64,000 bases of DNA from Thermoplasmatota archaeon. Its GTDB lineage: Archaea; Thermoplasmatota; Thermoplasmata; UBA10834. The notes under the pieces are model-generated. The model did not search any database and was not told where the DNA came from. It saw only the letters and a list, made by a program, of their open reading frames with translations. The DNA lies in assembly GCA_040751795.1 (NCBI GenBank), contig JBFMHR010000001.1, positions 337,357 to 401,356 of the forward strand, given 5' to 3'. The translations under genes were made by a program, and so were the position numbers. This document shows positions 1 to 9,897 of the stretch, piece after piece (within the stretch, counting starts at the first letter, position 1; each line of letters starts with the position of its first letter).

Positions 1-804
1 GCGCGAGTAGAGCTCGTCGAGGGGCTCCCCGTTGGTGCTCGTGGAGCGGCCGTAGGGCGGGTCCGTGGCTATCCCGTCGACGTCGCCGACGACGCCGTCT
101 ATCGCCCCCACGTCGCACACGCGCGTGACGGCGCTCGCCCCGATGTGACGCAGGTTGGCCCTCGCCCCCTCGACCATCCTCTCCGAGATGTCCGTCCCCA
201 CCGCCTTGAGTCCGGCCATGTGCGCCTCGGCCAGGATCGCCCCCGTCCCGCAGAAGGGGTCGAGGACGGTGCCCCCGTCCGGCACCCTGGTCAGGTTGAC
301 GAGCGCCCTGGCGAACTTGGGGTGGAGCGAGACGGGGCAGTGGAACGGGAGGTGCTTGTTCATCCGCTTCTCGAACGAGGTCCTGTCGACCGAACCGAGG
401 AGCCTCCCCGCGTGGACCTTCCCTGAGAAGACGAGCCTCACCTCGGAGGCCGGCGAGTGGAGGTCGACGCCCCTGGACCGGCCTATCAGGCCGCCCGCGC
501 GGCGCGTGGCCGCGGCCAGGTCCACGTCCCTGTGCGCCTCGCCGACCCTGGTGGACCGCACCCTGATCGGGCCCGGGACCTCCACCCCCTCGACGAGCGC
601 GTCGAGCCCCCTCAGGTCCGAGGACCCGAGGGACTCGGAGACCTTGTGGCAGAGCCCCAGCCTTCCGAGGAGCGCGAGCGGGTCCGCCCGCGTGGACATC
701 ACCATGACGCCGGCGTCGGAGCCGAGGACCTTCGGCTCGCCCCCGAGGGCGGCCGCGGCGCTCAGCGCCTCCGCCCTGGCGAGGGGCTCGCACTCCATGG
801 ACAG
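1..804 (-). CDS. THUMP-domain SAM-dependent tRNA/rRNA methyltransferase (Trm11 / Trm-G10-like), 5'-partial in window
   Basis: The ORF track misses it because it runs off the left edge. The minus-strand translation from the ATG near 804 reads MECEPLARAEAL... It contains FCGTGAIL (SAM motif I) and DPPYG (motif IV) near position 20-35. Confidence 0.75.
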   Translation of the reverse strand, partial: MSMECEPLARAEALSAAAALGGEPKVLGSDAGVMVMSTRADPLALLGRLGLCHKVSESLGSSDLRGLDALVEGVEVPGPIRVRSTRVGEAHRDVDLAAATRRAGGLIGRSRGVDLHSPASEVRLVFSGKVHAGRLLGSVDRTSFEKRMNKHLPFHCPVSLHPKFARALVNLTRVPDGGTVLDPFCGTGAILAEAHMAGLKAVGTDISERMVEGARANLRHIGASAVTRVCDVGAIDGVVGDVDGIATDPPYGRSTSTNGEPLDELYSR

Positions 805-861
805 CTCTAGAAGGAGCTTCACGCACCCTCCAGCCGCGGGGACGGTCATTAATGCATCGGC

Positions 862-1803
862 TCAGTCGCCTATGCCCGCCTCGGAGACCTGGAAGACCGC
901 CTCGGCCTCGGGGAGGTTGGGCGAGTCTATGAGCCGGGCGATCCTCTTGCCGCCCTTGCTCTTCCTGAGGTAGATCCTGAAGGTCGCCGTGTGGCCGACT
1001 ATGTGGCCACCTATCGGCCGCGTCGGGTCGCCGAAGAAAGCGTCCGGCTTGGCCGCGACCTGGTTGGTCACGGCTATGACGGCGTTGTTGAGGTCGCCGA
1101 ACCTGAGGAGGTCGTGCATGTGCTTGTTGAGCATCTGCTGCCTCTCGGCCAGGGCCCCCCTGCCTATGTACTCCGCCCTGAAGTGGGCCGTGAGTGAGTC
1201 GACCACGAGCAGGCGGACGGGGTACTCCTTCGCCAGCTCCGCCGCCTTGTCGACCAGGAGCGTCTGGTGGTGGCTGTTGAAGGCCCTCGCGACGTGTATC
1301 TTCTTGAGCACCTCGTCCGGGTCCAGCTCCAGCGCTTCCGACATCTGGACTATCCTCTCCGGCCTGAAGGTCTGCTCGGTGTCGATGATCATGGTGTGCC
1401 CCTCGAGCCCGCCCTCGTCGAGCGGCCTCTGGCAGTTGACGGCGAGCTGGTGGCAGAGCTGGGTCTTGCCGGAGCCGAACTCGCCGAAGAACTCGGTTAT
1501 GGCGCGGCTCTCGAACCCCCCGCCCATGAGCTCGTCCAGGGACTTCGAGCCGGAGCCGAGCTTGGCGACGGTCTTCCTCCTCTCCAGGAGGACGTCCCCG
1601 GTCTCGAAGCCGCCGACGTCCGCGGCCTTCTTCGCGGCCGCGATGATCTTGGCCGCGGTCGGCTCGCCTATCTCAGCGAGCTCCGCGAGGTTCTTCGGCG
1701 AGTCGACTGCGATCATCATGATGTCGGTGTACCCGGCCTCCTTCAGCTTCTCCATTATCGCGGGCCCGACGCCTGGGAGCTTGGAAATCTCCTCCTCCGT
1801 CAT
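862..1803 (-). CDS. radA: DNA repair and recombination protein RadA
   Basis: 313 aa with an N-terminal HhH region ([13 protein letters not shown]), Walker [10 protein letters not shown], and the full Rad51/RadA core. Confidence 0.95.
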   Translation of the reverse strand: MTEEEISKLPGVGPAIMEKLKEAGYTDIMMIAVDSPKNLAELAEIGEPTAAKIIAAAKKAADVGGFETGDVLLERRKTVAKLGSGSKSLDELMGGGFESRAITEFFGEFGSGKTQLCHQLAVNCQRPLDEGGLEGHTMIIDTEQTFRPERIVQMSEALELDPDEVLKKIHVARAFNSHHQTLLVDKAAELAKEYPVRLLVVDSLTAHFRAEYIGRGALAERQQMLNKHMHDLLRFGDLNNAVIAVTNQVAAKPDAFFGDPTRPIGGHIVGHTATFRIYLRKSKGGKRIARLIDSPNLPEAEAVFQVSEAGIGD

Positions 1804-1955
1804 AGTCGCTCAGCACCTAGCGGTGTTCATGAGCCCTGGCCGCTGATATAAGCATGCCGATTGGAGGTAGGCGAAAGTGGTCTGGCCGGCGCGCGCGACG
1901 CCACCAGAGGCCTCCCCAAAAGGTATTAAATAGGCCCAACTCTTCGAGGGCCAGA

Positions 1956-2708
1956 ATGGCCAAGAAGAGGAAGAAGGAGAAAGAGGAGAAGGAGGAGTAC
2001 GAGTTCACGCCTCCTGACTTCGACGAGAGGGAGTTCCTGCTCAAGGAGCTCAGGGACACCAAGACCGTCCTGTTCACCGTGGGGTACGCCGCCCTCTTCG
2101 GCGTCGCCGCGGGCCTCATCTCCAACCTGGACGAGGGGCTCGTGATTGTCGGCCTCGCGCTCGTCCTCGGCGGACTCCTCTCCCTCAGGTACTTCTACCC
2201 GCTGATGAGGATAGACGTCTCCGAGTTCCATAAGAAGAACTGGGCGGGGAACATCGCGTGGTTCTTCTTCACGTTCCTCGCCATCTGGGTCCTGACGTTC
2301 AACTTCCCGTTCGCGGACCACGCGAAGCCGTCCATCGGCAGCGTCACGGTCTGGGTCGACAGCGGCACGAACTTGACCGCCCTCGACTACGAGTACGTGG
2401 ACTCCGTGGGCGGGTACGTCTGGGTCGGGCGCTGGGGCGAGGACCCCGGGGCGACGATCTACGCGTCCGGCTCGTACACGATGAACATCACGGCGACCGT
2501 CGCCGACAACGCCGAGCTCACCACCGTGCGCATATCGGTCAACGGCGGGGAACTCGCGTACATGGCCGCCGAGGGGGACCACAGGTTCGGCCACACCCTC
2601 ACGGGCGACCAGATAGCCGGAGGGAGCCTGACCTTCACGATCTCAGCATGGGACGAGGCCGGCCACGAGGCCGTCTTCACGCCCGCGAGCGCCATACCGG
2701 TGAACTGA
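1956..2708 (+). CDS. hypothetical membrane protein (Lys/Glu-rich N-terminus, 3 TM segments, extracytoplasmic beta-rich C-terminal domain)
   Basis: ORF 1854-2708. The likely start is the internal MAKKRKKEKEE at 1956. It has hydrophobic helices and no recognisable family. Confidence 0.55.
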   Translation: MAKKRKKEKEEKEEYEFTPPDFDEREFLLKELRDTKTVLFTVGYAALFGVAAGLISNLDEGLVIVGLALVLGGLLSLRYFYPLMRIDVSEFHKKNWAGNIAWFFFTFLAIWVLTFNFPFADHAKPSIGSVTVWVDSGTNLTALDYEYVDSVGGYVWVGRWGEDPGATIYASGSYTMNITATVADNAELTTVRISVNGGELAYMAAEGDHRFGHTLTGDQIAGGSLTFTISAWDEAGHEAVFTPASAIPVN

Positions 2709-4034
2709 TCACCGCTCCCAGGGCGTCCTCTCGTCGAAGTGGTTCGTCAGCGCCTCCAGGTGCTCCTCGGACAGCATCTCCGGGCCCGTGAGGACCTCGA
2801 TCTCCCCGACCTTCTTGACGTCCTTGCCGAGGCTCAGTCCGCGCAGGTTCTCGCGGAGCAGGTCCCCGGCCACCGGGAACTCCCTCTCGGCGACGACGTA
2901 CCACCGGCCGCGCTCCACGTAGGGCGGCGACAGCCCCTTGGCCTTCCACTTGGCCAGGAACTCACGCGCGTTCTCGGACTCCTCCGGCGGGCCCCTGTGG
3001 AGCCTCTCACGGGGGAGCCTGGCGGACGCCACCTCGACCAGCAGGTGGGCCAGGCCGTCGACGTGGACGCTCGTGCGCTCGACCTCGAACTCGTTCCTCT
3101 CGAGGAGGGCGACCGCCGCGGCGAGGGACTTCCTCAGCTGCGGGTAGACGACGTCGTCTATGAGGTCGATCCTCGGGAAGGACATCGAGACGAGGTTGTC
3201 CAGCCTCGGGCCCGCGGCCTGCCTGACCTTCGCCGGGGGCCACGCCCTCCTGTCCGGGGGGAAGAAGAAGGCCTCGGAGGGCGAGCGCAGGTACTCCCTG
3301 GATGCGCGGATGAACAGCAGGAGGGTCTCCAGCGACACGGCGGAGGCCACGTTCCTCGAGCCGTCCACCGGGTCTATGAACGTGAGGGGCTCCCGGAACT
3401 CCTTGCCCTCGTGGCCCTCGAGCTCGATGTGCTCGCCCCGCTTCCAGGCGGACGCGGCCTCCAGCACCTCCCTGAAGCCTCCGAAGCGCATGACCAGGAG
3501 CTCGCACAGGTACCCGGAGAAGCCCTGGACCTTCGCCTCAGCGCCGTAGCAGCCCACGCCCTTCATGAACCTCTTGAGGAGCCGGACCTGGTCGGCCCTC
3601 CCCCTGCCCAGGTTCTCCTTGACGTACCGGGTGTGGAAGGGGGTCCTGTCGACGGCGCTCATCTTCCTCCTGGTGTCCCTGACCTTGAAGCACGGCACGA
3701 GGTCCACCTGGAAGCCCTTGAACTCCCCGCGGACGTAGGGGTGCTGGGCGTAGTGCTCCCTGCCCCCCAGGACGGCCTTGCCGATCGCGAGCCCCTTCTC
3801 CTTGAGCACCTCCGGCTCCGTGCTCTCCGGGAAGAGCATGAACAGGTCGATGTCCGGGTCCGTGAGGTGGGTGCCCTTGGCCACCGACCCCACGAGCATC
3901 AGCTCGACGTGGGCGTCGGCGCGCCTCGCCTCCCTTGAGACCTTCGCCTCGAGGGCCTTGACGGCGGACATGACCTTGGCGTCCTCGGCCTTGGTCGGCT
4001 TGACCCTCCTGAGGACATCCTCCTCGACGGGCAT
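2709..4034 (-). CDS. cca: CCA-adding tRNA nucleotidyltransferase, archaeal class I
   Basis: GSVAKGTHLTDPDIDLFMLF nucleotidyltransferase motif and overall class I Cca similarity. The true start is M32 (MPVEEDVL...) of the 472-aa ORF. Confidence 0.9.
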   Translation of the reverse strand: MPVEEDVLRRVKPTKAEDAKVMSAVKALEAKVSREARRADAHVELMLVGSVAKGTHLTDPDIDLFMLFPESTEPEVLKEKGLAIGKAVLGGREHYAQHPYVRGEFKGFQVDLVPCFKVRDTRRKMSAVDRTPFHTRYVKENLGRGRADQVRLLKRFMKGVGCYGAEAKVQGFSGYLCELLVMRFGGFREVLEAASAWKRGEHIELEGHEGKEFREPLTFIDPVDGSRNVASAVSLETLLLFIRASREYLRSPSEAFFFPPDRRAWPPAKVRQAAGPRLDNLVSMSFPRIDLIDDVVYPQLRKSLAAAVALLERNEFEVERTSVHVDGLAHLLVEVASARLPRERLHRGPPEESENAREFLAKWKAKGLSPPYVERGRWYVVAEREFPVAGDLLRENLRGLSLGKDVKKVGEIEVLTGPEMLSEEHLEALTNHFDERTPWER

Positions 4035-4334
4035 CGGGTGGGGGATTCGCACGTGAGGTAATAAATTGGGAGGCACGGGGCAGCTGAACGACGTGCGACG
4101 ATAATCGGAGTCGCGCGCGGAGCGCAACAGCGCGCACGCGCAAGAGGACGGAGGAAGGAGGGCTGAGGTGTCTTTCGGTTGGTGTGGTGGGGATTGTTAG
4201 AATCTATGCTTAGGAGGAAAGTTGAGCCACCAACCTAAGACACCATCAATGCCCAGCCTGGTCTTGCTATATGATGGTTTCCAGGATACCATCCAGCGTG
4301 ACGGCGAGGGGGCCCCCGGCCGTCGGCCGGGTGG

Positions 4335-4691
4335 TCAGAGCCCGTCCCGGATTGAGGATGACTGGATGTTGTAGGAGGCTATGGTGTCCTCGAGGTCCTG
4401 GAGGAAGACCTCGTCGGTCTCGGAGAGGCTTACGAGTTCCGTACGCCCACCTCCGATATACAGCACGACGAGCATTTTCCCGTTCGAATATAGTTCGGCG
4501 AATCCGAAATCCGCGGAGGGGGAGGACATGTTCCTCCCGAAGGAGAGGCCGCACTCCCGCGCAATGTCGTCGAACAGCGGCCTGAGGGCGGCGGGCGCCT
4601 CGCGGGTGCGTATGACCGCCAAGGACATCCTCGACCTCCCGCAGAACGCCTTGACCTTCTCGAGGTCCTCCCTGCTCAGCTCCGGGGCCAT
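4335..4691 (-). CDS. hypothetical protein (118 aa, possibly roadblock/LC7-like alpha/beta)
   Basis: Clean composition; no recognised motif. Confidence 0.45.
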   Translation of the reverse strand: MAPELSREDLEKVKAFCGRSRMSLAVIRTREAPAALRPLFDDIARECGLSFGRNMSSPSADFGFAELYSNGKMLVVLYIGGGRTELVSLSETDEVFLQDLEDTIASYNIQSSSIRDGL

Positions 4692-4962
4692 GCGCCGCGC
4701 CTATCCCCGACGCCTTAGATAACCGTATCGCAGTCCCCGTGGGGTGCGCGGGCGTGCGCCGCCCGCACACGATATTCTTATTACCTGACATGCCGATTGC
4801 TGCGCAGTCAGGGATGGGAAAGGATGTGTTCTGAGAAGGACTGCCAGATATTCCGCGGCATGATCACCGCGTGCGACATGTGCAGGAAGATGCCCAACGC
4901 CTCGTCACCGAGGCTCCTCTCCGCCTGCGACGCGCCCGCGCCGCCCGGCCCCCGCTGAGGCG

Positions 4963-5775
4963 CTACTTCTCCGGCACCGGCTTCAGCCTGTCCAGGACCT
5001 CGATCCCGTCCTTCCCGAACTCGAGGCACATGTAGTCTCGGGCCGCCACGGTCCTCACGCCCGAGCTCTCCTCGATCCACTTCGCCTGCGTCTCCGGGTT
5101 CTCCTGGATGACCCGCATGCCGAAGTGCGTGATGACCGCGAGCTCCGGCTTGACCTTCTCGATCAGGTAGCCGGCGTCCTCCGTGCTCAGGTGGTGCGGG
5201 ATGCGCTGGCCCAGCGGCCTCGTCACGCACGCGACCAGTATCCGCGCCTTCTTGTGAGCCTTGATCACTGGCTCGAGCAGCTGGGTGTCGGAGACGTAGG
5301 ACAGCATCCCGCCCGAGGTCTGGATCCTGAAGCCCACGGAGGTGGAGTCGGAGTGCGCCGAGGGCGTCGCCCAGACCTCCAGGGGCTTCAGCGTTACCTT
5401 CGAGAACGGCTCCATGACCTTGACGTACTTGGGCTTCGACTGGTGGTACTTCGATATCGCCGGGCCGTAGCCGTCTCCGCCCTCGATGACGCTCTTGCTC
5501 CCTATCAGGAGGCCCTGCCTCCTCGTCCCCCCTTCCGTCATCGCCTCTATGAGTATCTCCGCGTCCATGTAGTGGTCCGGGTGGCAGTGCGACACGAGTA
5601 TGGCGTGGGTCTGCAGCGGGTCGATGCCTATCGAGCGCATCCTCACCAGCGCCCCGGGCCCCGGGTCGATGTGGAGGTTCCTCTCGTCCTCGACGTATAT
5701 GCCCCCGGTCGCCCGCGCCTGGTATATGGTGGCGAACCGTCCCCCGCCAGTCCCCAGGAACGTAATCCTGACCAT
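4963..5775 (-). CDS. MBL-fold metallo-hydrolase
   Basis: HCHPDHY (HxHxDH) metal-binding motif. The start is probably MVRITFLGTGGG. Confidence 0.8.
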   Translation of the reverse strand: MVRITFLGTGGGRFATIYQARATGGIYVEDERNLHIDPGPGALVRMRSIGIDPLQTHAILVSHCHPDHYMDAEILIEAMTEGGTRRQGLLIGSKSVIEGGDGYGPAISKYHQSKPKYVKVMEPFSKVTLKPLEVWATPSAHSDSTSVGFRIQTSGGMLSYVSDTQLLEPVIKAHKKARILVACVTRPLGQRIPHHLSTEDAGYLIEKVKPELAVITHFGMRVIQENPETQAKWIEESSGVRTVAARDYMCLEFGKDGIEVLDRLKPVPEK

Positions 5776-5916
5776 GGCCGACAAACCTTAATGACCGGTC
5801 CCCTTAATACCCTTCCGCAGCCAGAGGGGTGAGCCCGACTGTCCTCGACACTCATCAGGAACGGCCTCGTCGTCACTCAGAACGCGCGCAGGGAGGTCCT
5901 GAAGGCGGACGTCCTC

Positions 5917-7134
5917 GTGAACGGGACGAGGGTCGAGCAGGTGGGCGAGGTCAGGGGCGAGGCGGACGAGGTCGTCGACGCGTCCGGCTGCCTGGTCATG
6001 CCCGGGCTGATCAACTGCCACGCGCACGTCGCGATGGCGGCCATGAGGAGCGTGGCCGACGACCTGAGGCTCGACGGGTTCCTCGAGCGCACTTTCGCCA
6101 TCGATGCGAAGAGGACCGACGCCGACATTGCGGCGGGGGCCGCGCTCGGGTGCCTCGAGATGGCCAGGACCGGGACCACGACCTTCCTCGACCTCTACTA
6201 CGCCCAGGACGTCATAGCGAGGAGCTCGGAGGAGGCGGGCCTGAGGGCCTACCTGGGCTGGGCCGTTCTCGACCAGGAGTTCACCACCCAGAAGGGCGAC
6301 CCGGTCAAGAACTGCGAGAGGTTCATCATGGCCCACAGGGGGAGGCCGCTGGTGAAGCCGGTGGTCGCGCCCCAGGGCGTATACGTCTGCTCGGACGAGA
6401 CCCTCAGGAGGGCCAGGGAGCTCGCGAAGAGGGAGGGCACCTTCTGCCACTACCACCTGTCGGAGACGAGGCGGGAGGTCTACGAGTTCCAGTCGAAGGC
6501 CGGGAAGAGGCCGGCCGAGCACCTCGCGGAGACGGGGTTCATGTCGAAAGGGGACGTGGCCGCGCACGGGGTCTGGCTCACCATGAACGAGGTCCGCGCG
6601 CTGGCGAAGGCCGGGGCCTCGGTCGCCCACTGCCCAACGAGCAACATGAAGCTCGCCAGCGGAGGTTGCGCGCCTCTCCCCGAGATGTATGCGAGCGGCG
6701 TCAACGTCTGCCTCGGGACCGACGGCGCGTCGTCGAACAACTCCCTCGACATGTTCCTGGAGATGAAGTTCGCGTCGCTCATGCACAAGAACAACAGATG
6801 GGACGCGACGGTCGTGCCGGCGCAGAGGGCCCTGGACATGGCGACGGTCGACGCGGCCGCCGCCCTCGGCGCGGCTGAGGACCTCGGATCCATAGAGCCG
6901 GGCAAGAGGGCCGACCTGGTCGTCGTCGACTGCGAGGCCCCCGGGATGACCCCCACGACGGCGGAGAACGCCGTGGCGAACCTGGTCTACGCCTCCCCCA
7001 GCCACTCGGTGAGGGACACGATGGTCGACGGCAGGTTCGTGGTCAGGGGCCGGAGGGCCGTCACGGTCGACGAGGCGAAGGTCCTCGCGGACGCAAGGGA
7101 GCAGGCGGCGGCGCTGCTCTCGAGGTCGGGATGA
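5917..7134 (+). CDS. amidohydrolase, MTA/SAH deaminase (MtaD/DadD)-like; 5' end unresolved
   Basis: GLINCHAHVAM HxH motif, downstream HYHLSE and DGASSNN motifs. The in-frame upstream extension STLIRNGLVVTQN (from 5833) looks like the genuine N-terminus but has no ATG/GTG/TTG. Confidence 0.8.
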   Translation: MNGTRVEQVGEVRGEADEVVDASGCLVMPGLINCHAHVAMAAMRSVADDLRLDGFLERTFAIDAKRTDADIAAGAALGCLEMARTGTTTFLDLYYAQDVIARSSEEAGLRAYLGWAVLDQEFTTQKGDPVKNCERFIMAHRGRPLVKPVVAPQGVYVCSDETLRRARELAKREGTFCHYHLSETRREVYEFQSKAGKRPAEHLAETGFMSKGDVAAHGVWLTMNEVRALAKAGASVAHCPTSNMKLASGGCAPLPEMYASGVNVCLGTDGASSNNSLDMFLEMKFASLMHKNNRWDATVVPAQRALDMATVDAAAALGAAEDLGSIEPGKRADLVVVDCEAPGMTPTTAENAVANLVYASPSHSVRDTMVDGRFVVRGRRAVTVDEAKVLADAREQAAALLSRSG

Positions 7135-7171
7135 AAAGCGCGGAAGCGGTTTGAGGGGTTCGGGCCCGGGC

Positions 7172-8275
7172 TCACTTCTCGAGCTTCGAGGCGGTCTTGT
7201 CCTTCTTGGCGATCTCGGCGATCTGCTCCGCCTCGATCTTCTCCCTGGCCATGAGGTCCTCGACGGCCTTCATCTCCCTCCGGAGCTCCTCCGGCCTCGG
7301 TATGGGGCCGAGGACGTCGTCGGCCTTGCCGACGGACCTCTCTATGTCCGCGAGGTTGACGACCTCCCTCTGCGGGGTCTGCCTGCCGACGCCGAGGTAC
7401 TCCGATGCGCCCTCGACCAGCCTGGTCAGCTCGAACGGGAATATGATCTTCGTAGCCTGGCCGTTGCCCACGGACTTGAGGGTGTCGAGCGACAGGACCG
7501 TCAGCGCCTTGGAGTCGAGCGGGGCCGCGCCCACCGCGAGGACGCGCAGCTTCTGCGCCTCGCCCTGGGCCTCGAGTATGATCGCGAGACGCGAGCCCTC
7601 GGCCTCGAGGATCTTGGCCTGCCTCAGGCCCTCGGCCTGCAGGATGCGGGACTGCTTGTCGCCCTCGGCGTTCAGGATGGCGGCCCTCTTCTGCCCGTCG
7701 GCCTTCAGGATCGCGGCCCTCCTCAGCCTCTCGGCCGAGGTCTGGTCCTCCATGGCGTCCTTGACCTTGCCGGCGGGGTCGACCTCCCTGATCTCGACCG
7801 CCTCGACCTTGACGCCCCACTTGTCCGTCGCCTCGTCGAGCACGTCCCTCAGGTGGAGGTTGATCTTCTCCCTGTTGGACAGGATCTCGTCGAGCTCCAT
7901 GTCGCCGATGATGGACCTGAGCGTGGTCTGCGCCAGGTATATCGTCGCGGTGCGGTAGTTGGTGACCTCGAAGAAGGCCTTCTTCGGGTCGATGACCTTG
8001 ATGTATATGATGGCGTCCACGTTCGTGGGCGAGTTGTCCTTGGTGATGACCTCCTGCCTCGGGACGTCCATGACCTGCGTCCTCAGGTCGATCTTTATGA
8101 CCTCGTTTATGAGCGGGCGGACGTAGTTGAAGCCCGGGTTCAGGAGCCTCATGAACCTGCCCAGGCTCATGTATATGCCCTGCTCGTAGGGCCTCACGAT
8201 CTTGATGCCGGTGGTCATGATCGCGAACCCCGCGATCAGCACCAGTATCGCCAGCGCAGTCAATCCTGGATCCAT
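7172..8275 (-). CDS. SPFH/band 7 family protein (stomatin/prohibitin-like)
   Basis: N-terminal TM segment, SPFH core, and an Ala/Glu-rich coiled-coil tail. Confidence 0.9.
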   Translation of the reverse strand: MDPGLTALAILVLIAGFAIMTTGIKIVRPYEQGIYMSLGRFMRLLNPGFNYVRPLINEVIKIDLRTQVMDVPRQEVITKDNSPTNVDAIIYIKVIDPKKAFFEVTNYRTATIYLAQTTLRSIIGDMELDEILSNREKINLHLRDVLDEATDKWGVKVEAVEIREVDPAGKVKDAMEDQTSAERLRRAAILKADGQKRAAILNAEGDKQSRILQAEGLRQAKILEAEGSRLAIILEAQGEAQKLRVLAVGAAPLDSKALTVLSLDTLKSVGNGQATKIIFPFELTRLVEGASEYLGVGRQTPQREVVNLADIERSVGKADDVLGPIPRPEELRREMKAVEDLMAREKIEAEQIAEIAKKDKTASKLEK

Positions 8276-8303
8276 TTCCTCTCCTCCTCCTTCGTTCAGT
8301 CGC

Positions 8304-8768
8304 CTACTTGGAGCCCTGCTCCGGGAGCTCCTCCACCTTCACATGCACGCCCTCGCTCGCCTTGACTATGACCCTCCTGCCCGCGGGTATGGCCACGGTC
8401 GAGGTCGCGCTCCATGTGTCGTTCGCTATCCGGACCTTGCCCCTCATGCTGTCGGGCAGGACCTCCTTCTCGACAAAACCCGTCTGCCCCACGAGGGAGC
8501 TCGCCACCGTGGTCTCGGGCGGCACCGGGGGCGCGAGCTTCTGGTACATCCTGATGGTGATGAAGAACATCGGCACGACCACTATCGCGGCCGTCACGGG
8601 GGCGTACCAGGTCAGGAGCCACTCCGGGAAGACCAGGCCGATCCCGCCCAGGACCAGCAGGACCGTGGCGGGCACGAGTATGAACGACCCCGGGGACGCG
8701 GCCTCGGCCAGCAGCATGAGTATGCCTATGATCACGAATGCGAGCGCCAGTTCCGTGCCCAGAGCCAT
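8304..8768 (-). CDS. NfeD-family membrane protein (stomatin operon partner)
   Basis: Multi-TM N-terminal half plus a C-terminal OB-fold-like region. It sits immediately upstream of the SPFH gene on the same strand. Confidence 0.8.
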   Translation of the reverse strand: MALGTELALAFVIIGILMLLAEAASPGSFILVPATVLLVLGGIGLVFPEWLLTWYAPVTAAIVVVPMFFITIRMYQKLAPPVPPETTVASSLVGQTGFVEKEVLPDSMRGKVRIANDTWSATSTVAIPAGRRVIVKASEGVHVKVEELPEQGSK

Positions 8769-8875
8769 GGTTTACACAAAGGCTAGTCCGTATATTAGCC
8801 TTCTGTCGGAAGGCCCCGGACGTCGCGCACGCTGGTACATCCTCCTGAACGCTGGCCAATTCCCCCGACCGCGGC

Positions 8876-9256
8876 TCACCTGAGCCTCATCCTGGCGATG
8901 TGGTAGCACCAGAGCCCGTTCCTCATGAGTGCATCGTTGGTGTTCTGGACCGTGATCCTCTGCGGCTCGGTCCTGTACCTCAGCACCTCTTCTATCGGGT
9001 ACCCCACGTAGTCGGAGAGCTTCAGAAGCCGCTCGTACGGGAACGGCTGCTCGCCGACGAGTATCTGCCGCACGCTCCACCCAGGGTGGATGCGCGACCG
9101 GTACCCCATCTCCCGCGCGAGCCTGTTTATGCTCCCCGCCTTCTCTATACCCGTCTTTATGAACGGGACCCGGAAGGAAGACGCGATCCATATCCGGGTG
9201 TCCGCGTTATGAGCCCGGTTCGCAAGGTTGCTACCGTATCCGTCCGTTGAGCTCAT
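8876..9256 (-). CDS. hypothetical protein with possible HTH
   Basis: 126 aa. The SINRLAREMGYRS stretch resembles an HTH. Confidence 0.4.
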   Translation of the reverse strand: MSSTDGYGSNLANRAHNADTRIWIASSFRVPFIKTGIEKAGSINRLAREMGYRSRIHPGWSVRQILVGEQPFPYERLLKLSDYVGYPIEEVLRYRTEPQRITVQNTNDALMRNGLWCYHIARMRLR

Positions 9257-9414
9257 ATGAGGGGGTCTATTGTAGGCATATATTATATTTCTTGCCTTGA
9301 AGTGTCACGCCGGGAGGGTACCTACCGGCCCCTGCTGGCATCCCCCGTTGGTACAACCTTCGAAGGGTTGCCATCTTTATCACTTCCGATACCGATACCC
9401 CTAGCGGTGTCCGG

Positions 9415-9837
9415 GTGAGCGTTTTCAACAGGAGCATCGCGCTGGAGACCGCCGCGAGGGACGAGGTCGTCGACGTCACCGAGAGGGTGCAGGGCGTCGT
9501 GTCGGATTCGGGCGTACGCGACGGGCTCGCGTGCGTGTTCGTCGTGGGCTCCACCGCGGCCGTGACCACGGTTGAGCACGAGCCAGGGCTGGTCGCGGAC
9601 CTCAGGGCCGCCATGGACAGGCTGTACCCCAGGGGCGGGGAGTACGAGCACCACCGGCGCTGGGGGGACGGGAACGGCCACTCTCACGTGAGGGCCTCGT
9701 TCATCGGCCCCTCCCTGACCGTCCCGGTGGTCGACGGGAGGCTGCTCCTGGGCACCTGGCAGCAGATCGTGTTCCTGGAGCTGGACGTACGGCCCAGGTC
9801 CAGGCAGCTGGCGGTCCAGGTCGTCGGGGAGCCGTGA
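9415..9837 (+). CDS. YjbQ/UPF0047 family protein (secondary thiamine-phosphate synthase-like)
   Basis: EYEHH, GTWQQIV and VVGE signatures match the YjbQ family. Confidence 0.85.
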   Translation: MSVFNRSIALETAARDEVVDVTERVQGVVSDSGVRDGLACVFVVGSTAAVTTVEHEPGLVADLRAAMDRLYPRGGEYEHHRRWGDGNGHSHVRASFIGPSLTVPVVDGRLLLGTWQQIVFLELDVRPRSRQLAVQVVGEP

Positions 9838-9897
9838 GAGGGCGCTGGTCGCAGGGACAACCATATTATACGCGAGGGCGTTGGCCTGCCGATAGCG

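Noticed and set aside
155-973. 272-aa plus-strand ORF (and 145-426, 457-810) at the left edge
   Set aside because: Antisense to a clearly motif-bearing minus-strand methyltransferase (FCGTG, DPPYG). Its translation is low-complexity, Ser/Pro/Ala/Arg-rich.
4035-4334. Possible C/D-box or H/ACA sRNA in the 300-bp gap upstream of cca
   Set aside because: Only short palindromes are present (CTTAGG...CCTAAG; GATGGT...ACCATC). No convincing C/D or ACA boxes at proper spacing. They are more likely terminator or promoter hairpins.
5788-7005. 405-aa minus-strand ORF and 349-aa plus ORF 5829-6878
   Set aside because: Overlap the amidohydrolase gene in other frames or strands. The amidohydrolase frame carries the real motifs.
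8275-8304. NfeD-stomatin pair as something unusual
   Set aside because: This is a well-known conserved operon partnership and needs no special explanation.
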